Virus record (IMG/VR): IMGVR_UViG_3300000425_000001
Direction: 5' to 3' (one strand)
DNA: 20,000 nucleotides
Source of the DNA: an uncultured virus (IMG/VR IMGVR_UViG_3300000425_000001)
Taxonomy: Duplodnaviria > Heunggongvirae > Uroviricota > Caudoviricetes
The position numbers were made by a program, and so were the translations under genes. The notes below the pieces were generated by a model, which searched no databases, was not told the origin of the DNA, and worked only from the letters and a program-made list of their open reading frames with translations. Positions 18,161 through 20,000 of this stretch are shown here, piece after piece. The number at the start of each line of letters is the position of its first letter. The first letter of the stretch is position 1.

Positions 18161-19688
18161 AAATACAGTAATTTTACCAACTGCTGGTCTAGGAACTCGA
18201 ATGGGTGATTATACTAAACACCTCAACAAAGGATTGTTACCTTATAAAGAAAAACCAGTTATTGCACATATTATAGATCAATTCCCTGTAGATACCCGTT
18301 TTGTTATGCCAGTGGGATACTTAGCAGATCAGATTAAGGATTTTTGTGCAGTTGCATATAGTGACAGAGATATCACATTTGTAGAAGTTGATTGGGAAAG
18401 CAACAAAGCCGGCACCGGATATTCCTTGTTACAATGTAAAGATTATATTAACAGTCCATTTTGGTATATTACATGTGATACCTATTTTAATGAACCTGTA
18501 GTTGCTGATACTCCTACGCACGATTGCTATTATGTAAAAAATATTCCGCAACGTGATAGTCATTTGTACACAATGTTTAAAACAAATAATAATATAATAC
18601 AAGAAATTACATTTAAAAAAGATGCACCAAACGACTGGACTGCTTGGTCGGGGCTAATGTATATTAGTGAATGGGAAAACTTTTTCACTAAATTAAGCAA
18701 ATTAAACGATAATGAATTTATACAATTAATACAGCCCGGAAATATGTGTAAAAAATTAGACAGTTGGTTAGACTTCGGTAATCCTAAGATGTATCAAACA
18801 GAAGTAGCAAAAAGTCAAAAGTTTGATTTTAGTAAAAAAGACGAAGTTACTTATATTTGCAATAATCGTGTGGTAAAATGGTGGCTTGATAGTACGGTTC
18901 CGAGAAAGAAAAACAGAAAGCCTGAGTTAAATCCTGACGTATTCCCTTCAAATTGTATAGTTAAAGGGCAGTTTATGGCTCATGACTTTGCCCCCGGACA
19001 AACATTATACTCGTTTAATAATCCAGTAGTATTTAAAAAATTATTAAATTGGCTCGACAATAATGTATGGACATCTGTAAATTGTGACTTATCGCAATCG
19101 GCTATGCTATTTTATAAAGATAAGACGATAGGTAGGATAGAAAAGTTCTTAGATAAGTATCCTGTCTTACAAAATGTAACACACGTAAATGGTATACAGA
19201 TAAAATCACATCTAGAATACTTAGATAAAATTGACTGGCAATATCTTTCAACTAATACATTACCTGGGTTTATACACGGCGATTTACAATTTGACAACAT
19301 CATTATAAACAAATCTGGAGACTTTTTATTAATTGACTGGAGACATGAATTTGCCGACGTAGTTGACTACGGTGATATATATTACGACTTAGCAAAAATG
19401 GCTGGAGGATTTATAGTCAATTATGCAAGTATAAAAAAACATAATTTTGATTTTGAAATAACTGGAACAGAAGTTACTATTAAAATTCCAAATATAGATG
19501 AGATTGATACTTACCAACAAATACTAAAAGAATTTATACATTCAAAAGGATGGGATTACAAAAAAGTTCAACAATTAATACCTGTTATATTTTGGAATAT
19601 GAGTCCTTTACATAAGTCGCCATTTGATATGTTTCTATGGTACCTTGGTATAAAAATGTTTGAAGATTTAGAAAATAATTATCTATAA
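18150..19688 (+). CDS. Nucleotidyltransferase fused to an APH/choline-kinase-like phosphotransferase
   Basis: N-terminal VILPTAGLGTRMG....NKGLLP is the sugar-phosphate nucleotidyltransferase signature, with WLDFG later. C-terminal IHGDLQFDNII..LIDW (from ~19272) and GDIYYDLAK follow. The start is either 18138 or 18150. Confidence 0.8.
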   Translation: MEIKNTVILPTAGLGTRMGDYTKHLNKGLLPYKEKPVIAHIIDQFPVDTRFVMPVGYLADQIKDFCAVAYSDRDITFVEVDWESNKAGTGYSLLQCKDYINSPFWYITCDTYFNEPVVADTPTHDCYYVKNIPQRDSHLYTMFKTNNNIIQEITFKKDAPNDWTAWSGLMYISEWENFFTKLSKLNDNEFIQLIQPGNMCKKLDSWLDFGNPKMYQTEVAKSQKFDFSKKDEVTYICNNRVVKWWLDSTVPRKKNRKPELNPDVFPSNCIVKGQFMAHDFAPGQTLYSFNNPVVFKKLLNWLDNNVWTSVNCDLSQSAMLFYKDKTIGRIEKFLDKYPVLQNVTHVNGIQIKSHLEYLDKIDWQYLSTNTLPGFIHGDLQFDNIIINKSGDFLLIDWRHEFADVVDYGDIYYDLAKMAGGFIVNYASIKKHNFDFEITGTEVTIKIPNIDEIDTYQQILKEFIHSKGWDYKKVQQLIPVIFWNMSPLHKSPFDMFLWYLGIKMFEDLENNYL

Positions 19689-19693
19689 AATAC

Positions 19694-19722
19694 TAGACAA
19701 AAACAATAAAAGGTAATACAAT
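19694..19722 (+). promoter_or_regulatory. Putative sigma70-type promoter TAGACA-17-TACAAT
   Basis: TAGACA at 19694-19699, a 17-nt spacer and TACAAT at 19717-19722, in the 40-nt intergenic gap. Each hexamer matches consensus at 5/6. Confidence 0.55.
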
Positions 19723-19728
19723 AAAGAA

Positions 19729-20000
19729 ATGTATGATATAGTATTCATAAGCTATCAAGAACCTAATGCAGACGATAATTGGCAGGCACTAAAAGAACAG
19801 TTTCCTAGAGCAAAGCGAGTACACGGTGTTAAAGGAATACATCAAGCACACGTCGCTGCTGCTAAAAAATGTTTTACTAAGATGTTTTGGATTGTTGACG
19901 GCGATGCTGTAATCATGGATGATTTTAAGTTCGATTATAAAGTACCTGAGCATCAACAAGATCATGTTCATGTATGGCGTAGCAAGAATCCAGTTAATGA
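19729..20000 (+). CDS. Putative GT-A-like glycosyltransferase, 3'-truncated by the window edge (paralog of 12475..13395)
   Basis: Absent from the ORF track. My translation MYDIVFISYQEPNADDNWQALKEQFPRAKRVHGVKGIHQAHVAAAKKCFTKMFWIVDGDA... aligns with YDIIYLSYDEPNA..AKRVHGVEG..AH..FITVDGD. Confidence 0.8.
   Translation, partial: MYDIVFISYQEPNADDNWQALKEQFPRAKRVHGVKGIHQAHVAAAKKCFTKMFWIVDGDAVIMDDFKFDYKVPEHQQDHVHVWRSKNPVN

Noticed and set aside
10511..19971. Small minus-strand ORFs within the modification operon
   Set aside because: All overlap supported + strand genes. 19789..19971 is antisense to the truncated GT-like gene starting at 19729.
1..20000. Stop-codon reassignment, as seen in some large phages
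   Set aside because: Genes tile the window under the standard code, and TAA, TGA and TAG all occur as stops at coupled gene junctions.
1..20000. tRNA/rRNA genes, intrinsic terminators, IS elements
   Set aside because: Intergenic gaps are at most ~46 nt, with no GC-rich hairpin plus U-tract, cloverleaf or transposase motif seen.
8990..20000. Bacterial chromosomal LPS/capsule locus
   Set aside because: No flippase, polymerase, ABC transporter or other obviously membrane-spanning protein is present in the window, and the cluster is contiguous with virion genes.

Overview
The window is gene-dense and all credible genes lie on the + strand of AT-rich DNA. It most likely comes from a large tailed phage (myovirus/jumbo-phage type, inferred from protein motifs; no database search was possible). 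Positions 1-8943 form a virion module. It has three paralogous baseplate/tail-fibre genes sharing an N-terminal 'GYG...ENF-x-x-LLENF...GQ(L/I)W(Y/W/F)DT' domain; one ends in a tail-collar domain and one in an 'ADLAE' chaperone-like domain. Three paralogous ~330-350 aa putative virion proteins follow. A near-consensus sigma70 promoter (TTGACA-17-TATACT, 8940-8968) overlaps the last structural stop codon. It opens a tightly coupled ~11 kb putative glycan/modification operon: several GT-A-like glycosyltransferases, an N-terminal-twitch radical SAM enzyme, two 'SGQxR' proteins, two SGNH-like proteins and a nucleotidyltransferase-kinase fusion. The most striking observation is an ~80-97 aa repeat module with CBM5/12-like spacing, present three times across two adjacent genes. 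Two copies form an in-frame 588-bp insert, bounded by a 7-bp direct repeat (GATTATG), that splits the conserved N-terminus of a glycosyltransferase. No RNA genes, CRISPR arrays or transposases were seen.
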